From NCBI GenBank assembly GCA_964485395.1, contig CAZAJF010000006.1, forward strand, positions 41,195 to 105,194: a DNA stretch of 64,000 nucleotides. The letters are read 5' to 3'. This document shows positions 1-10,774 of this stretch, piece after piece. A model generated the notes under the pieces. It was not told where the DNA came from, did not search any database, and saw nothing but the letters and a program-made list of their open reading frames with translations. The stretch comes from an uncultured Treponemataceae bacterium (GTDB taxonomy: Bacteria; Spirochaetota; Spirochaetia; Treponematales; UBA12059). Every line of letters starts with the position of its first letter. Position 1 is the first letter of the stretch. The position numbers were made by a program, and so were the translations under genes.

Positions 1-233
1 CTGCACATTGTCATAGCGCTTTTGCATGACGCAGAGCGGGTTTCCATGATTGCGACATCGATTGTTTTCGATTACCATGAAATCATAGTTAATAATTATG
101 AATAAACAATCGGCAGCTTTATGAGCTGCCGGATTTTTCTTTGCAACAGATGATTTTTGTAGCATGCATCCATGAAAGCTTCGAGATATTTTACCATATC
201 CGATTTAGAGAAATAGCAATTCAGGGGGAAGCA

Positions 234-1295
234 ATGGTATTTATTGCAAAGAGAGCTATTAAAATTTACTTAATAATCGTGACCTTGACTAGTTTGATTG
301 TATTAAGCTGCAATAATCCAGCTATTCCCCAAAAAGACCCAAACCCGTCATCCAATCCTGTAGTAGCAAAGATTAACGCAAAGGTCAGTTGGTCGGGGGA
401 TTCCGTCTCCAAAGCCCCTACCTTCATCCGGCCTATCTCCAATCGTGGCGTTTCACGTTCCTCGGAGACATTGACAGCCCTCGAATCGAACTATGCCAAC
501 CTTGGATCACTCCGCAAGAGCTTGACTCCGACAGTTTTCAAGCTGCCCATCCAGGCGCTGGAAGTAGCCACTGCCGATTCCTACCTCCTACCGGTTCCGT
601 TTCACACCTTCGACGAGGCAACCTCCACCTGGATCTGCCAGTATGCAGATTTCACCACCCCTCTTGCCGCAACGCCGGAAGGTCAAATTCTCGCCGGTAA
701 GTACCTCACTTTTTTCATGTTTTTTTTCACGAATCCGGGAAGCATGCTTATGGGATCGAATAACCGCTACCTTTATTTCACTCCCGCTATTGAAGTGGAT
801 TTGGGAAACGAATATGCTGGAGTCTTCCCCAATGTGCGTGCCTGGCCTGTCGAAATCGATGCCAATAACCCCGGGTATCCTTCAGAACCTCTATCGAGGG
901 CAGATCTCGGTGGCGGCCAGTATCGATACACTCTCCATCCGCTCCTGCCTAAAAACATCGAGATGGTGCTTTTCGGAGGAACAGACTATGACGCGATCGT
1001 GAATGGCCTGGAAGGGAGCTACGAAGGAAACCTCTTAGGCTACAAAGAAACTCCCGGCATGGAAAGTACATGGGTCAATGGTCTGGTACGCATTCCATGG
1101 AAAGGATTCACCATTTCTGCCGATGCTGCAACCGTAGAATTCGTAGTCTCCTGGGATCTCGCCGACATCATCGAAGTCTATGACGCCAGCACCCCTGACG
1201 ATCTCTCCGATGATAAGGTCGTGCTTGCCAATCGATGGTGGGAGCGCATCAGCCTAAAAGTGCTTCAGAAGAATGCCGCAGGAAATCCGCTCTAA
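234..1295 (+). CDS. Hypothetical lipoprotein
   Basis: ORF 141..1295. The in-frame ATG at 234 follows GGGGGA and opens a signal peptide (KIYLIIVTLTSLIVLSC) with a lipobox-like LSC. No catalytic motif recognised. Confidence 0.55.
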   Translation: MVFIAKRAIKIYLIIVTLTSLIVLSCNNPAIPQKDPNPSSNPVVAKINAKVSWSGDSVSKAPTFIRPISNRGVSRSSETLTALESNYANLGSLRKSLTPTVFKLPIQALEVATADSYLLPVPFHTFDEATSTWICQYADFTTPLAATPEGQILAGKYLTFFMFFFTNPGSMLMGSNNRYLYFTPAIEVDLGNEYAGVFPNVRAWPVEIDANNPGYPSEPLSRADLGGGQYRYTLHPLLPKNIEMVLFGGTDYDAIVNGLEGSYEGNLLGYKETPGMESTWVNGLVRIPWKGFTISADAATVEFVVSWDLADIIEVYDASTPDDLSDDKVVLANRWWERISLKVLQKNAAGNPL

Positions 1296-1657
1296 TCGGT
1301 AGCCGAGTCTCATTATTCAGATGGCTCGGCTTATCGCTCCCTGGGGGTCAGCCCCAGCGCATCACAAATCCGGCGCGCTATACAAAATAGTAATTCTTAT
1401 TGACCTAACGTACGTTATGACGCCCGTTAAATCGAGGAGAATAATATGTCCGTACCGAAAGCAAGATAACGCAGGATTGCTAACAAAACTCTGAAAGGGC
1501 CACTAGAATGAGGGATGCCCGAGACAGATTCCCAAAAACTCGCCTGTTCTTTCGCATTGCTTGACAGCCACACGTACAATGACAATGATTAAGCGCCCGG
1601 TGCTGTGCATTTTCTACGCAGATGGCAATCCCGATCAATCTTCTACAGGCGGTGCGT

Positions 1658-2803
1658 ATGTCCAAAGTTGCTCTTGTAAGATGCGAATCGTATGAGTATG
1701 CCCAAGTCCTTGAAGCGGTCAGGAAAGGCATCGACCTTATTGGAGGAGCAGGGCTTTTCGCGAAACCAGGGGAGAATATACTTTTTAAACCGAACTGGCT
1801 TGTGGCGGATCCGCCGGAAAAATTGACTACGACGCATCCCGCCGTTTTTAAGGCAATGCTTGAAGTATTCCAATCAACCGGCGCACAATTTTCCTATGGC
1901 GACTCGCCTGCGATGCAAAGCCCGGATTTGGCAGCAAAAAAAACTGGATTCTGGGATGTTGCGCAAGAACGGGAAATTCCGCTGGCTGATTTCAAGCAAG
2001 GCCGGGAGACATCTTTTGAGGCGGGAATTCAAAACAAGAAATTCGTCGTTGCAAACGCGGTACTTGATTGCGATGGAATCATCAGTTTGCCCAAGCTCAA
2101 GACGCACGCCCTCGAGCGCTTCACCGGTTGCATCAAGAACCAGTTCGGATGCGTCCCCGGCGCCCTGAAGGGCGAATTCCACGTAAAACTCCCCAGCGCC
2201 ATCGATTTCGCGCGGATGCTCGTAGACCTGAACAACCTGGTTCATCCCCGCTTGTACGTGATGGACGGCATCATCGCGATGGAAGGCAACGGACCGCGCG
2301 GGGGCGATCCAAGCCCCATGAAAGTCCTTCTTTTTTCATCGGATCCAGTCGCCCTCGACGCTACGGTCTGCAGGATGATCAATATCGATCCTCAATTCGT
2401 TCCCACGACGACCTTCGGCATGGAAACGGGTATGGGTACCTGGAAGTCGGATGAAATCCAACTCGTAGGCGACCCCTTCGAGAATTTCGTCAATAAAAAA
2501 TTCGATATAAAGAGGGAACCGGTCAAGCCGTATTCCCGAGGCAAGGGTAGCGGATTTCTCAAGAATGCCCTCGTCCCCAAACCTTTCATCGTTGCTGCGA
2601 AGTGTACAAAATGCGGAACCTGCGTAAAAGCCTGTCCGGTAAACCCGAAAGCCGTGGATTGGCACGATGGCAATAAGAAAATATCACCTTCGTTCAAGTA
2701 CGAACGATGCATCCGCTGCTATTGCTGCCAGGAGCTATGCCCGGACAGCGCGGTGGAACTGAAAGTTCCCTTTCTTAGAAAACTTCTGAGGGGAGTAAAA
2801 TAA
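1658..2803 (+). CDS. DUF362-like iron-sulfur protein with C-terminal 2x[4Fe-4S] ferredoxin motifs
   Basis: ORF 1622..2803. The likely start is MSKVALVRC at 1658. The C-terminus has CTKCGTCVKACP and CIRCYCCQELCP cluster motifs, and the N-terminal body resembles DUF362 proteins (from memory). Confidence 0.65.
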   Translation: MSKVALVRCESYEYAQVLEAVRKGIDLIGGAGLFAKPGENILFKPNWLVADPPEKLTTTHPAVFKAMLEVFQSTGAQFSYGDSPAMQSPDLAAKKTGFWDVAQEREIPLADFKQGRETSFEAGIQNKKFVVANAVLDCDGIISLPKLKTHALERFTGCIKNQFGCVPGALKGEFHVKLPSAIDFARMLVDLNNLVHPRLYVMDGIIAMEGNGPRGGDPSPMKVLLFSSDPVALDATVCRMINIDPQFVPTTTFGMETGMGTWKSDEIQLVGDPFENFVNKKFDIKREPVKPYSRGKGSGFLKNALVPKPFIVAAKCTKCGTCVKACPVNPKAVDWHDGNKKISPSFKYERCIRCYCCQELCPDSAVELKVPFLRKLLRGVK

Positions 2804-2834
2804 ACTCTCTGGACGTAAAGCTCTCAAAAACCGG

Positions 2835-3848
2835 TCATAGCGCCTTGCGGTACAGGCAGTCCTGCCGCACTACGCGAAAGCCGCAATCCCCGTAGACCCG
2901 CGTTGCGCCGGTAAGGCTTTCGCTGTCGACGCCGAGGGCGGACTCGGTCATGCCCGCCGCCTTCTGTGCCCGAAGGCTCATGATGATAAGGGCTCGAGCG
3001 ATGCCCCGGCGCCGGTAGTCCGCCCCTACGGAGATGCACTCGGTATAGCCGCGCAGGCGGCCGTACTTGGCGTTCTCCTCGTGGTCGATAAAACCCAGGA
3101 CGTTGCCCGCTACCCTGCCCGTCGCGTTTTCCCAGGCGACCTGCCAGAGATCGGGCTGGAAATGGCGCTTGTCCTCCATCCAGCCTTTGTATTCCTCCTC
3201 ATTGGGCTCGCTGAAGCCCCAGTGATCCACGAGGGCGGCCATCCAAGCTTTCCAGATCGTCCTGTACTGGTCTGCCGTCGCGGGCCTGGCCTCGAAGCCC
3301 GCCGGGAGCTCGAAATCAGGAAGATCGTCCAGCGACGGGCGGACCATGGTGTCGAACCAGCGAACGGGCTTATAGCCCTCGCTCTCGAGGAGGGTAGCCT
3401 TATTTTTCTCGTTCCCCATGCAGAACACGTCGAAGCGCTTCCCGCTGTCCGCCGGATGCTCCGCGGCCACTTCGCGGACCCGCGCCTCCGCCCAGCGCAG
3501 CAAGGCGCGGTCCAGGCCGCTGCCCCGCCACTGCGGGTGGATATAATCGATTATGTTGTAGCAGTAGGCCCCGCTCTTCAACTCCCGATCCCAGGCGGTC
3601 CGGACATAGCCCACCGTGCGCCCCCCAGCCTCTGCCAGCATGAAGTCCTTGGCGAGATCGCAGTTGACCAGATGGGAGTAGGAGAGTACGAAGTCATCGA
3701 CGGTGTCGGCGTCTTCTATCCCGTCCGCGAGCGTGCAGGCTTGGACGACATCGTTCATGCCGACGAAATCGGACGGGCCGCCGAATTGCCTGAAGGTTAC
3801 TCCGGGAAGGGTGGGAAAATCAGTCGGAGTGGTGGTGTTGTCGTGCAT
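2835..3848 (-). CDS. GNAT-family N-acetyltransferase, two-domain (mycothiol-synthase-like layout)
   Basis: 337 aa. The acetyl-CoA-binding region is RRRGIARALI, and a second GNAT-like half carries WRGSGLDRALL. Confidence 0.7.
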   Translation of the reverse strand: MHDNTTTPTDFPTLPGVTFRQFGGPSDFVGMNDVVQACTLADGIEDADTVDDFVLSYSHLVNCDLAKDFMLAEAGGRTVGYVRTAWDRELKSGAYCYNIIDYIHPQWRGSGLDRALLRWAEARVREVAAEHPADSGKRFDVFCMGNEKNKATLLESEGYKPVRWFDTMVRPSLDDLPDFELPAGFEARPATADQYRTIWKAWMAALVDHWGFSEPNEEEYKGWMEDKRHFQPDLWQVAWENATGRVAGNVLGFIDHEENAKYGRLRGYTECISVGADYRRRGIARALIIMSLRAQKAAGMTESALGVDSESLTGATRVYGDCGFRVVRQDCLYRKAL

Positions 3849-4130
3849 ATGTTTCTACCTCGCTTAATTCCATGCTGCTTTCAATTATGCCGCTATTGGA
3901 AATAAGAAAAAGGGAAAAAACGAGTATAAGCCGAGATTTCTCCGTTGGCTCGTGAATCCATCCCGAGTATATAAGGAGTCCAGGAACTTCATCTGATACC
4001 ATGTGCAATAAAAGTACTTTTGGCAAAGCTGTCTTGAACTAGCAGTTTTCGTTCTAATACCGATTTTAAATATGGCGAAAGCGCAGCGCAGTAAATCCCG
4101 CTGGATAAAAACACTGCATATTAATCCCTG

Positions 4131-6494
4131 CTACCCCAAAAGCAGGAATCCGTCTTTATCGGCGACTAACCGAGTCATGCATTTACTGCATTTATATCTA
4201 CCGGGCTTCTTAATCGTATAAAGGCTGTCGCAAATTGGACAGTATCTTTTAATTGGAAAACTACATGGACTTGGGTCAAAAAATAGTAACCAGGCAGCAG
4301 CATCTTTTAATGTGTCCGCAATGGGTAGAAAATATTTAAAACCAAGTAGCTGTATCACTTGAAGTTTTTTTTCGGCAACTGCATAAAGGATACAATTCCC
4401 GCCCTTCGGAAGGAGTTTCTTGAGTAATCTTACGAAAGCCCCAATGGATCTACTGGCAATATCACCGGCATGCCCAAGGCCTATGGCAATTCGTCTATAA
4501 CCGGCATCCAGAGCGGCGTCCATTAAAATGTCGAACTCATTTACTATATAAGCATCGTCGAAAGCCATAGTGATCTCTACTGATAATCCATCAGGAACTC
4601 CAGGCAGGAGGGATAATCTAAGGTAATCGCCATACTTGATTTTTGTGTTGATGCCAGGCAGGATACCCTCGTTCCCCGTCGGCATGGCTTCTCCTGTGCT
4701 GGCATCCGGTATAGCTGGATTGCCTTTAGTCTCACTGGATGAAATGAGGGCACGAGATTCTCCCGTGATGGTTTTGACGCGTATCATGGCCTGTTCAAAG
4801 CTTTTATTTTCCCCCGAAACAATTTTCTCGAAACCTGCAAGCCAATTCCTGGATGCCATGCTCGGGTGCCCCAGCTTGAGGACACGATCATTGCTTTGGT
4901 CCTCAAGCTGTGGTTTTTGAATCGGCTGCTCGGTTTTTATCTTTTTAGAAAGGCTTATATACCGTTCCAAATCTGTTTTGCTTATCACAGCTCCCCCTGC
5001 TTTTAGCAGAGCGAAACTTTCCAGGTAATTTACACAATGATCATATTTCTGCGGACTAGCACAGGAATGAGCCCTTTCAAGCAAAGCACTCGCAAGGGGT
5101 TTGCTGATGGGGCGAGATTGTATTGTCCCATTTGCATCGATGGGGATATCTTCGTGGGAACGGATTAACACATTGACTTCAGCTCCTGCATCGATAAGGA
5201 TCATGGCGCTTTCAGGATGAGCTTTATAAGAAGTGATTTGACAGAGTGCAGTTTCACCAAACTCGTTAGTCTTTTTAACATCGGCACCTGCTTCAACCAG
5301 TAATCTGACGATGTCCGGTCGTCCTTTTTCAACGGCGTGCATGAGAACGGATTCGCCTGACATGCTCTCTTCGGCATTGACATCCGCCCCGGCTTCTACC
5401 AAGGCCCGAGCTATTGCAGTGTTCTTATTGTCTTTAACTGCATAAATCAAGGCTGTCTCTCCACGCCTGTTCTTTTCATCTATGTTTGCACCGGCCTGTG
5501 TTAAGACTTTGATAACACCGGGATCGGAATTCTGACGTGCGGCATACATGAGTACGGTGTCGCCAAAGGTGGTGGCGGCATTTACATTGGCGCCAGCACC
5601 ACAGAGGAGTTCGACCGTCCCGTGGGGACTCCAGCTTGCAGCTGAAATGAGCGCTGTATTTCCCCCTGAGTCTTTATCATTGACATTCGCCCCTGCAGCA
5701 AGCAGGATGGCCACTACCGCCCGACTCTCCTTGTTGCCTGCCGCCGACATCAAAGCCGTACGGCCGCATCCATTCGTTCCATTCACGTTGATGCCGGATT
5801 CTAGTAATCGCGTAATCGTCGCAGGGCTGTTCCAGAAGGCGGCAAGCCTGAGCATCTCCTGGCTGAAGGGACCATCCGGGCCCGGCGAGGCTCCTGCCTC
5901 AAGCAGAATGGCCGTAAGCTCGGGATGCCCGTTTTCCATCGCGGCATAGTGCAAGGCATCGCGGCCGTCAGGGGCTTGCGCCGTAATGCCAGCCCCCGAA
6001 GCGATAAGCTCAGCAACAATTTCGGGATTATCGTTGTAACAGGCTGCCAGCATCAGCGGAGTCATTCCATAACGATCTTTTGCTTCGATGTTGGAGCCGG
6101 AACTGCAAAGCAGTGCAATGACCCCGGGAGAATTCGTATATTTCGATGCCAGCATCAAGGCCGTCTGCCTGTCATGATTAACAATGCCGAGCTCTGCGCC
6201 ATTCGAAATTAGTGCGGAAACGACGGCTTCATCATTCCAGCAGGACGCGTACATCAATGCCGTCCAGCCGATCGCATCCTTGTCATCGACATGTATGCCC
6301 GCAAGGATAAGCCTTGAAACAACTTCAGGGTCTTTGCAAAATCGCGCGGCCAGAATGAGGCTGGTCTTCCCGTCGCCGGTGCTTTCGTGAATATTTATTT
6401 CTTCCGTCATGGCGGCCAGGATTGCCTTTGCATCGCCTGTCATGCACAGGGCAAGAAAGCTTACCGGTTTCGAAGAATTGTCCTTGGTTTCCAT
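4131..6494 (-). CDS. Ankyrin-repeat protein with C-terminal STAS-like domain and zinc ribbon
   Basis: 787 aa. About 12 ANK repeats (G.TALM.AA....PE.V..L..AGA..N) are followed by a STAS-like block (GNCILYAVAEKKLQVIQLLGFKYFLPIADTLKDAAAWL). The protein ends in CPICDS..x..CSKC. The 3' third is visibly lower in GC. Confidence 0.75.
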   Translation of the reverse strand: METKDNSSKPVSFLALCMTGDAKAILAAMTEEINIHESTGDGKTSLILAARFCKDPEVVSRLILAGIHVDDKDAIGWTALMYASCWNDEAVVSALISNGAELGIVNHDRQTALMLASKYTNSPGVIALLCSSGSNIEAKDRYGMTPLMLAACYNDNPEIVAELIASGAGITAQAPDGRDALHYAAMENGHPELTAILLEAGASPGPDGPFSQEMLRLAAFWNSPATITRLLESGINVNGTNGCGRTALMSAAGNKESRAVVAILLAAGANVNDKDSGGNTALISAASWSPHGTVELLCGAGANVNAATTFGDTVLMYAARQNSDPGVIKVLTQAGANIDEKNRRGETALIYAVKDNKNTAIARALVEAGADVNAEESMSGESVLMHAVEKGRPDIVRLLVEAGADVKKTNEFGETALCQITSYKAHPESAMILIDAGAEVNVLIRSHEDIPIDANGTIQSRPISKPLASALLERAHSCASPQKYDHCVNYLESFALLKAGGAVISKTDLERYISLSKKIKTEQPIQKPQLEDQSNDRVLKLGHPSMASRNWLAGFEKIVSGENKSFEQAMIRVKTITGESRALISSSETKGNPAIPDASTGEAMPTGNEGILPGINTKIKYGDYLRLSLLPGVPDGLSVEITMAFDDAYIVNEFDILMDAALDAGYRRIAIGLGHAGDIASRSIGAFVRLLKKLLPKGGNCILYAVAEKKLQVIQLLGFKYFLPIADTLKDAAAWLLFFDPSPCSFPIKRYCPICDSLYTIKKPGRYKCSKCMTRLVADKDGFLLLG

Positions 6495-6544
6495 TGGCTC
6501 GCCTTTCGTCGTTGCAGCTGTCTTGGGGACAGACCCATCCTAAC

Positions 6545-6886
6545 TCACTCAATCCCGAGTACGAGTTTCAGTCCATCTTCGATTTGGGACATAACGAATC
6601 TGCCGATTTTGCCTGCCGGTTCTGTCAGTCTGATTCTGTCAATCGCGTAAAGTTGTGAAACTACGGCAACGGAATCCTTTGACAAGCCCGACGCTTCTTG
6701 CTCCAGAAGCACATTGCCCGGTGCGTTTTCCAGAGTCAAATTCGTGGTCAAGGGAATAACGACGATGGTTCCGATCTTGCTTCTATTAAACGCGTCATCC
6801 TGGACGATCACCACAGGACGACGAAAACCCGGTTCGCTTCCGAAGGGTATACCGAAATCAGCCCACCAGATATCACCACGTATCAT
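6545..6886 (-). CDS. mazF: MazF/PemK-family type II toxin (mRNA interferase)
   Basis: 113 aa. MIRGDIWWADFG...GFRRPVVIVQDD...VVIPLTT is the characteristic PemK/MazF N-terminus. It overlaps the upstream antitoxin ORF by 14 nt. Confidence 0.8.
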   Translation of the reverse strand: MIRGDIWWADFGIPFGSEPGFRRPVVIVQDDAFNRSKIGTIVVIPLTTNLTLENAPGNVLLEQEASGLSKDSVAVVSQLYAIDRIRLTEPAGKIGRFVMSQIEDGLKLVLGIE

Positions 6887-7121
6887 GTTTCGTCAATTCC
6901 CGCAGAGACTCAAGGCCGACGCTCGAAATGGAAGCGTTTTCCGAGGCGGCTGTTTTTACATAAACCTGGTTGAGGCGTTCGGTAATATTTCCCCTCTTAT
7001 GATGATCGATGAATTCTTCCAGGGCTTTTGCGAACAGCTGGCTCCGGGGAATCCCCATCGCCTTGGCAATGCTCTCTGCACTTGAGTATAAGTCGTCCGG
7101 AAGTGAAACTGCTGTCTTCAT
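6873..7121 (-). CDS. Ribbon-helix-helix (CopG-like) antitoxin
   Basis: MKTAVSLPDDLYSSAESIAKAMGIPRSQLFAKALEEFI is an RHH pattern. The start at 7121 is chosen over the TTG at 7157 and is uncertain. Confidence 0.6.
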   Translation of the reverse strand: MKTAVSLPDDLYSSAESIAKAMGIPRSQLFAKALEEFIDHHKRGNITERLNQVYVKTAASENASISSVGLESLRELTKHDTW

Positions 7122-7153
7122 AGTTGTAGTATAACTATGGTATAACTGATGTG

Positions 7154-7861
7154 TCAAGTCAATAGCTTAATCCCACCCAGCTTGATGACTCCCGTCTCGG
7201 CCAAAGATAAAAAGCCGGTCTCGCAGAATATTATGTGGTCCACGAGTGAGATGCCCAGCAGTTCTCCCGCGGACTGAAGCCGGTGCGTAATCTCGATGTC
7301 CTCGCGCGAGGGCTCAAGATGGCCGCTTGGGTGGTTGTGCGCGACGAGGACTGCGCAGGCGCGGTCGATCAAAGCTTCGGCAAACACCTCGCGCGGGTGA
7401 ATAATCGTGCGATTCACGAGGCCTATTGTGATGAGCCTCACGGCGATGAGGTCGTGCGCTCCGTTCAGGGTGCAGCAGATAAAATGCTCGCGCTTGCGGT
7501 CCGCATAATGCTGCATGATAAGCCAGGCATCGTTGGGGGTGCATATTTTTCGCTCGCGCTGGCCGAAGAAACGTTTCCCCAATTCCAGCGCCGCGATTAT
7601 CCTGCAGGCTTGGGCATTTCCAAGACCGCTTACTTTAATAAGATCTTCGACCGCCGGAACACCTTTGCTGAAGTCGATGCTGTCGAGTATTTCGCATGCC
7701 AGCGAGCGTACATCCTGGCTCCTGGTGCCTGTCCCCAGGATCGCGGCGAGCAGCTCGTGATCGCTGACGGAAAGTGCGCCGGATTCCGTGATGCGTTCGC
7801 GAATATCGGGCTTGGTCGATTCATCGCATTGGCTGATGTTATATCGCATTGATTCCGTCAT
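7154..7861 (-). CDS. radC: RadC-like JAB-domain protein
   Basis: Carries the JAMM motif HNHPSGHLEPSREDIEIT. The ATG at 7861 is preceded by GGGGGA, whereas the ORF track starts at 7945. Confidence 0.8.
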   Translation of the reverse strand: MTESMRYNISQCDESTKPDIRERITESGALSVSDHELLAAILGTGTRSQDVRSLACEILDSIDFSKGVPAVEDLIKVSGLGNAQACRIIAALELGKRFFGQRERKICTPNDAWLIMQHYADRKREHFICCTLNGAHDLIAVRLITIGLVNRTIIHPREVFAEALIDRACAVLVAHNHPSGHLEPSREDIEITHRLQSAGELLGISLVDHIIFCETGFLSLAETGVIKLGGIKLLT

Positions 7862-8032
7862 TGATCCCCCAAGTCGTACTACGCCTGACGGGCTAGTTTT
7901 GCATGCATGGGCATAAGTTCGCCGGAAATCTGCCGCTGCAAGCAAAATATCGCTGACACATTCTGGCGATTCTCCGTGCTATTCTCTTGAGGCCTGCGAA
8001 AAACACGCAAGGAATTATTTCCGGAGGTATGT

Positions 8033-10030
8033 ATGTCCAATTTTATTTCTCGGTTTACCGCTTTGCTCTCAAGCGCGACGGGATCGACCGATATCGATGC
8101 CGCGGCATTGGAGGCTTTGCTTTTAGAATCGCCCGGCTTGATAAACCACATCGATGCTGACGGTAACAGCGCACTGCATTTGGCAGCGAATGCGCGGAAT
8201 CTCCGATGCGCGGAACTGCTTCTTGCTAATGGCGCGCTGGTGGATATCGCGGATCCCGACGGGCATACCGCGTCGTTCTACGCTGCCCTGAACGACGACT
8301 GCGCCATGCTGGAACTACTGGAACGAAACGGGGCGGATTTAGGCCGGACGGCCAGCTTCGGAGGAAGCCTCCTGCATTATGCGGCAATGTATTCCGGGGG
8401 AACAGCGATCCGCTGGCTGGCCGCGCGCGGGCTGGACGTCAACGGCCGGTCCATCAACGAGGAAACGCCGCTACAGTGGGCAATGTACCGCAGGAACCTT
8501 CGCGCGATCGACGTACTAGTGGAACTGGGAGCCGGTCTTCGCGGCGTTTCCGATATCTGGGGCAATACCGTGCTTACCGCGGCCATTCTCGCAGGGAGCC
8601 TGGAATGCACCGCAGCTCTCCTGGATCGCGGAGCCGATATCAACGAGCGCAGCCCGGAATTGGGCCGCACGCCGCTGCATGCCGCCGTAGGACCCGCGAA
8701 TCACCGCATCTCCCCCGATATCGTTGGCGTGCTTCTGGACCGGGGTGCCGCCCCGGACTCCGCCCTGGACGACGGAACTACCGCGCTCGCGTGGGCCTGT
8801 ACCGGCGAAGACCCGCGTATCGTAAAACTGCTTCTGGACCGTGGAGCCAAGGCCGATGATAGGCACACCCTGCATCCGGCTCTCCGGTCGGGCAACGACG
8901 AGATAATCGACATGATACTTACTGCGGCGGGCAAAGAAGCTCATGTTGACGATGCGGGAAAGACAGCGCTGCACCTGGCCTCGGAAAAGGGCAAGGCTTC
9001 GGTGGTTAAGGAATTATTGCTTCGCGGATTCAAAGTCGACGTACGCGATGCTTCCGGCATGACTCCGCTTCATTACGCGGCTGCAGGAGGCTTTCCCGAA
9101 ATTGCAGCAATTCTGCTGGATTCCGGCGCATCCATCGATGCGGCCGATGCGCAAGGCGTCACAGCGCTCGCCTATGCGGAAAAACACGGAAACCCGGCCG
9201 TCGCATCGATTCTATCTGGACGAGGAGCCAAGGCTCCTGCAAAAAAAGAGTCGGCAATTCCTCCGTTTACGGCTCCGGGAAGCTTGAAACGCGGAGAGGC
9301 GGTCGTTCGCTATCTGGGACATTCGGGATGGGCGGTGGAAACCGAGGCCAATATATTAATTTTCGATTACTGGAATGCGGGATCCGGAAACAACCCCGAT
9401 GCATCCATCGCAAACGGCCGGCTCGTCGCCGGGGAACTGGCCGGCCGCACGGTAACGATATTCGCAAGCATGGTGTTTCCTGATCATTTTGACCCCGGTA
9501 TCTTTACGCTGGCGGGCGAAGGTACGCAAATCGCCTACGTGTACGGCTTCGACCCGAACCGCAAGGATAACCCGTACCAGGGCCCGGCATACGTGGATAT
9601 CGGGCTTGGCAAGACCGCGCGTATCGGCGATATCGAAGTTACCACCTTAACCTCAACCGCGGGCGGCGCCGGATTCCTCGTGGTCGCGGATGGGCTCACG
9701 ATATTTCACGCCGGCGACCATACGAATCGCCGGGCAGACCTCTCGGGGCCTTTCAAGGCCGAAATCGACCTGCTGGCCCGCAGGAAATCCGGTATCGATA
9801 TAGCTTTTCTGCCTGTCGGAGGACCGGTGATGGCCGCCGAGCCGATCGTGTCCATAGGTTCGGACTATGCGATCAAAGCATTGAATCCGGCGATGGTTTT
9901 TCCGATGCACGAGGGCAGTCGGGAACATAAGTACTCCGGTTTCGCCGCGGCCATGCAACCCCGGCATCCGGGAGTCATTTTCTCGGCAGCGCGCAATCGG
10001 GGAGATTACTTTCGGTACAATCGTTCCTGA
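8033..10030 (+). CDS. Ankyrin-repeat protein fused to a metallo-beta-lactamase-fold domain
   Basis: 665 aa. About 11 ANK repeats precede a C-terminal domain (VRYLGHSGWAVE...IFHAGDH) typical of MBL-fold hydrolases. GGAGG sits upstream of the ATG. Confidence 0.75.
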   Translation: MSNFISRFTALLSSATGSTDIDAAALEALLLESPGLINHIDADGNSALHLAANARNLRCAELLLANGALVDIADPDGHTASFYAALNDDCAMLELLERNGADLGRTASFGGSLLHYAAMYSGGTAIRWLAARGLDVNGRSINEETPLQWAMYRRNLRAIDVLVELGAGLRGVSDIWGNTVLTAAILAGSLECTAALLDRGADINERSPELGRTPLHAAVGPANHRISPDIVGVLLDRGAAPDSALDDGTTALAWACTGEDPRIVKLLLDRGAKADDRHTLHPALRSGNDEIIDMILTAAGKEAHVDDAGKTALHLASEKGKASVVKELLLRGFKVDVRDASGMTPLHYAAAGGFPEIAAILLDSGASIDAADAQGVTALAYAEKHGNPAVASILSGRGAKAPAKKESAIPPFTAPGSLKRGEAVVRYLGHSGWAVETEANILIFDYWNAGSGNNPDASIANGRLVAGELAGRTVTIFASMVFPDHFDPGIFTLAGEGTQIAYVYGFDPNRKDNPYQGPAYVDIGLGKTARIGDIEVTTLTSTAGGAGFLVVADGLTIFHAGDHTNRRADLSGPFKAEIDLLARRKSGIDIAFLPVGGPVMAAEPIVSIGSDYAIKALNPAMVFPMHEGSREHKYSGFAAAMQPRHPGVIFSAARNRGDYFRYNRS

Positions 10031-10190
10031 AACGCATAATATTTGCCAAACCACCAAATAAAACGTATACTCAAGCCTGTTGGGCGCCTCGAAAAACTCG
10101 GTTGGTTTCTCGAGGTGCCCCGTTGTTCGATTGGCAAGAAAAGCCGCAGCGACGTTTTTTTGCGTCGCAATTTCCGACCAAGGAGACCGT

Positions 10191-10766
10191 ATGAAAAGTG
10201 TGAAGGGTACGAAAACAGAAAAAAACCTGATGGCCGCTTTCGCGGGCGAGTCTCAGGCGCGAAACCGCTATACCTATTTCGCGAGCAAGGCGAAGGACGA
10301 AGGTTTTATCCAGATAGCCGCCGTGTTCGAAGAAACCGCCAATCAGGAGAAAGAACACGCGAAACGCCTGTTCAAGCTGATGGAAGGCGGAGAAATAACG
10401 ATTACCGGGACATTCCCCGCCGGTCCCGTGGGAACCACTTCGGAAAACCTCAAGGAAGCCGCAGGCGGAGAGAACTACGAATGGAAGGAAATGTATCCGT
10501 CGTTCGCCAAAATTGCCAAGGAAGAAGGCCTGGACGCCATAGCCACTATTTTTGAATCCATCGCGCGCGCGGAAAAACAGCATGCGAAGCGCTATGAAGG
10601 CCTGAAGGCCAATGTGGATAAAGGCACCGTGTTCAAGACCGAGAAAGATTCGGTTTGGATCTGCCGCAACTGCGGCTACATCGCCGAGGGCAAGGAAGCG
10701 CCGAAAGCCTGCCCTGCCTGCGCGCATCCCCAAGCCTATTTTGAGCTGCTCGAAGAAAACTGGTGA
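10191..10766 (+). CDS. rbr: Rubrerythrin
   Basis: MKSVKGTKTEKNLMAAFAGESQARNRYTYF is a ferritin-like diiron domain, and the C-terminus has the rubredoxin-like CRNCGY...CPACAHP. AAGGAGA precedes the ATG at 10191. Confidence 0.9.
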   Translation: MKSVKGTKTEKNLMAAFAGESQARNRYTYFASKAKDEGFIQIAAVFEETANQEKEHAKRLFKLMEGGEITITGTFPAGPVGTTSENLKEAAGGENYEWKEMYPSFAKIAKEEGLDAIATIFESIARAEKQHAKRYEGLKANVDKGTVFKTEKDSVWICRNCGYIAEGKEAPKACPACAHPQAYFELLEENW

Positions 10767-10774
10767 CAAAGAAA

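Noticed and set aside
104-138. The hairpin CGGCAGCT-TTAT-GAGCTGCCG followed by a T-run near the window start could be a terminator.
   Set aside because: No complete upstream gene is visible in the window to assign it to, and its orientation relative to the partial minus-strand ORF at 1..78 is ambiguous. It is therefore left unannotated.
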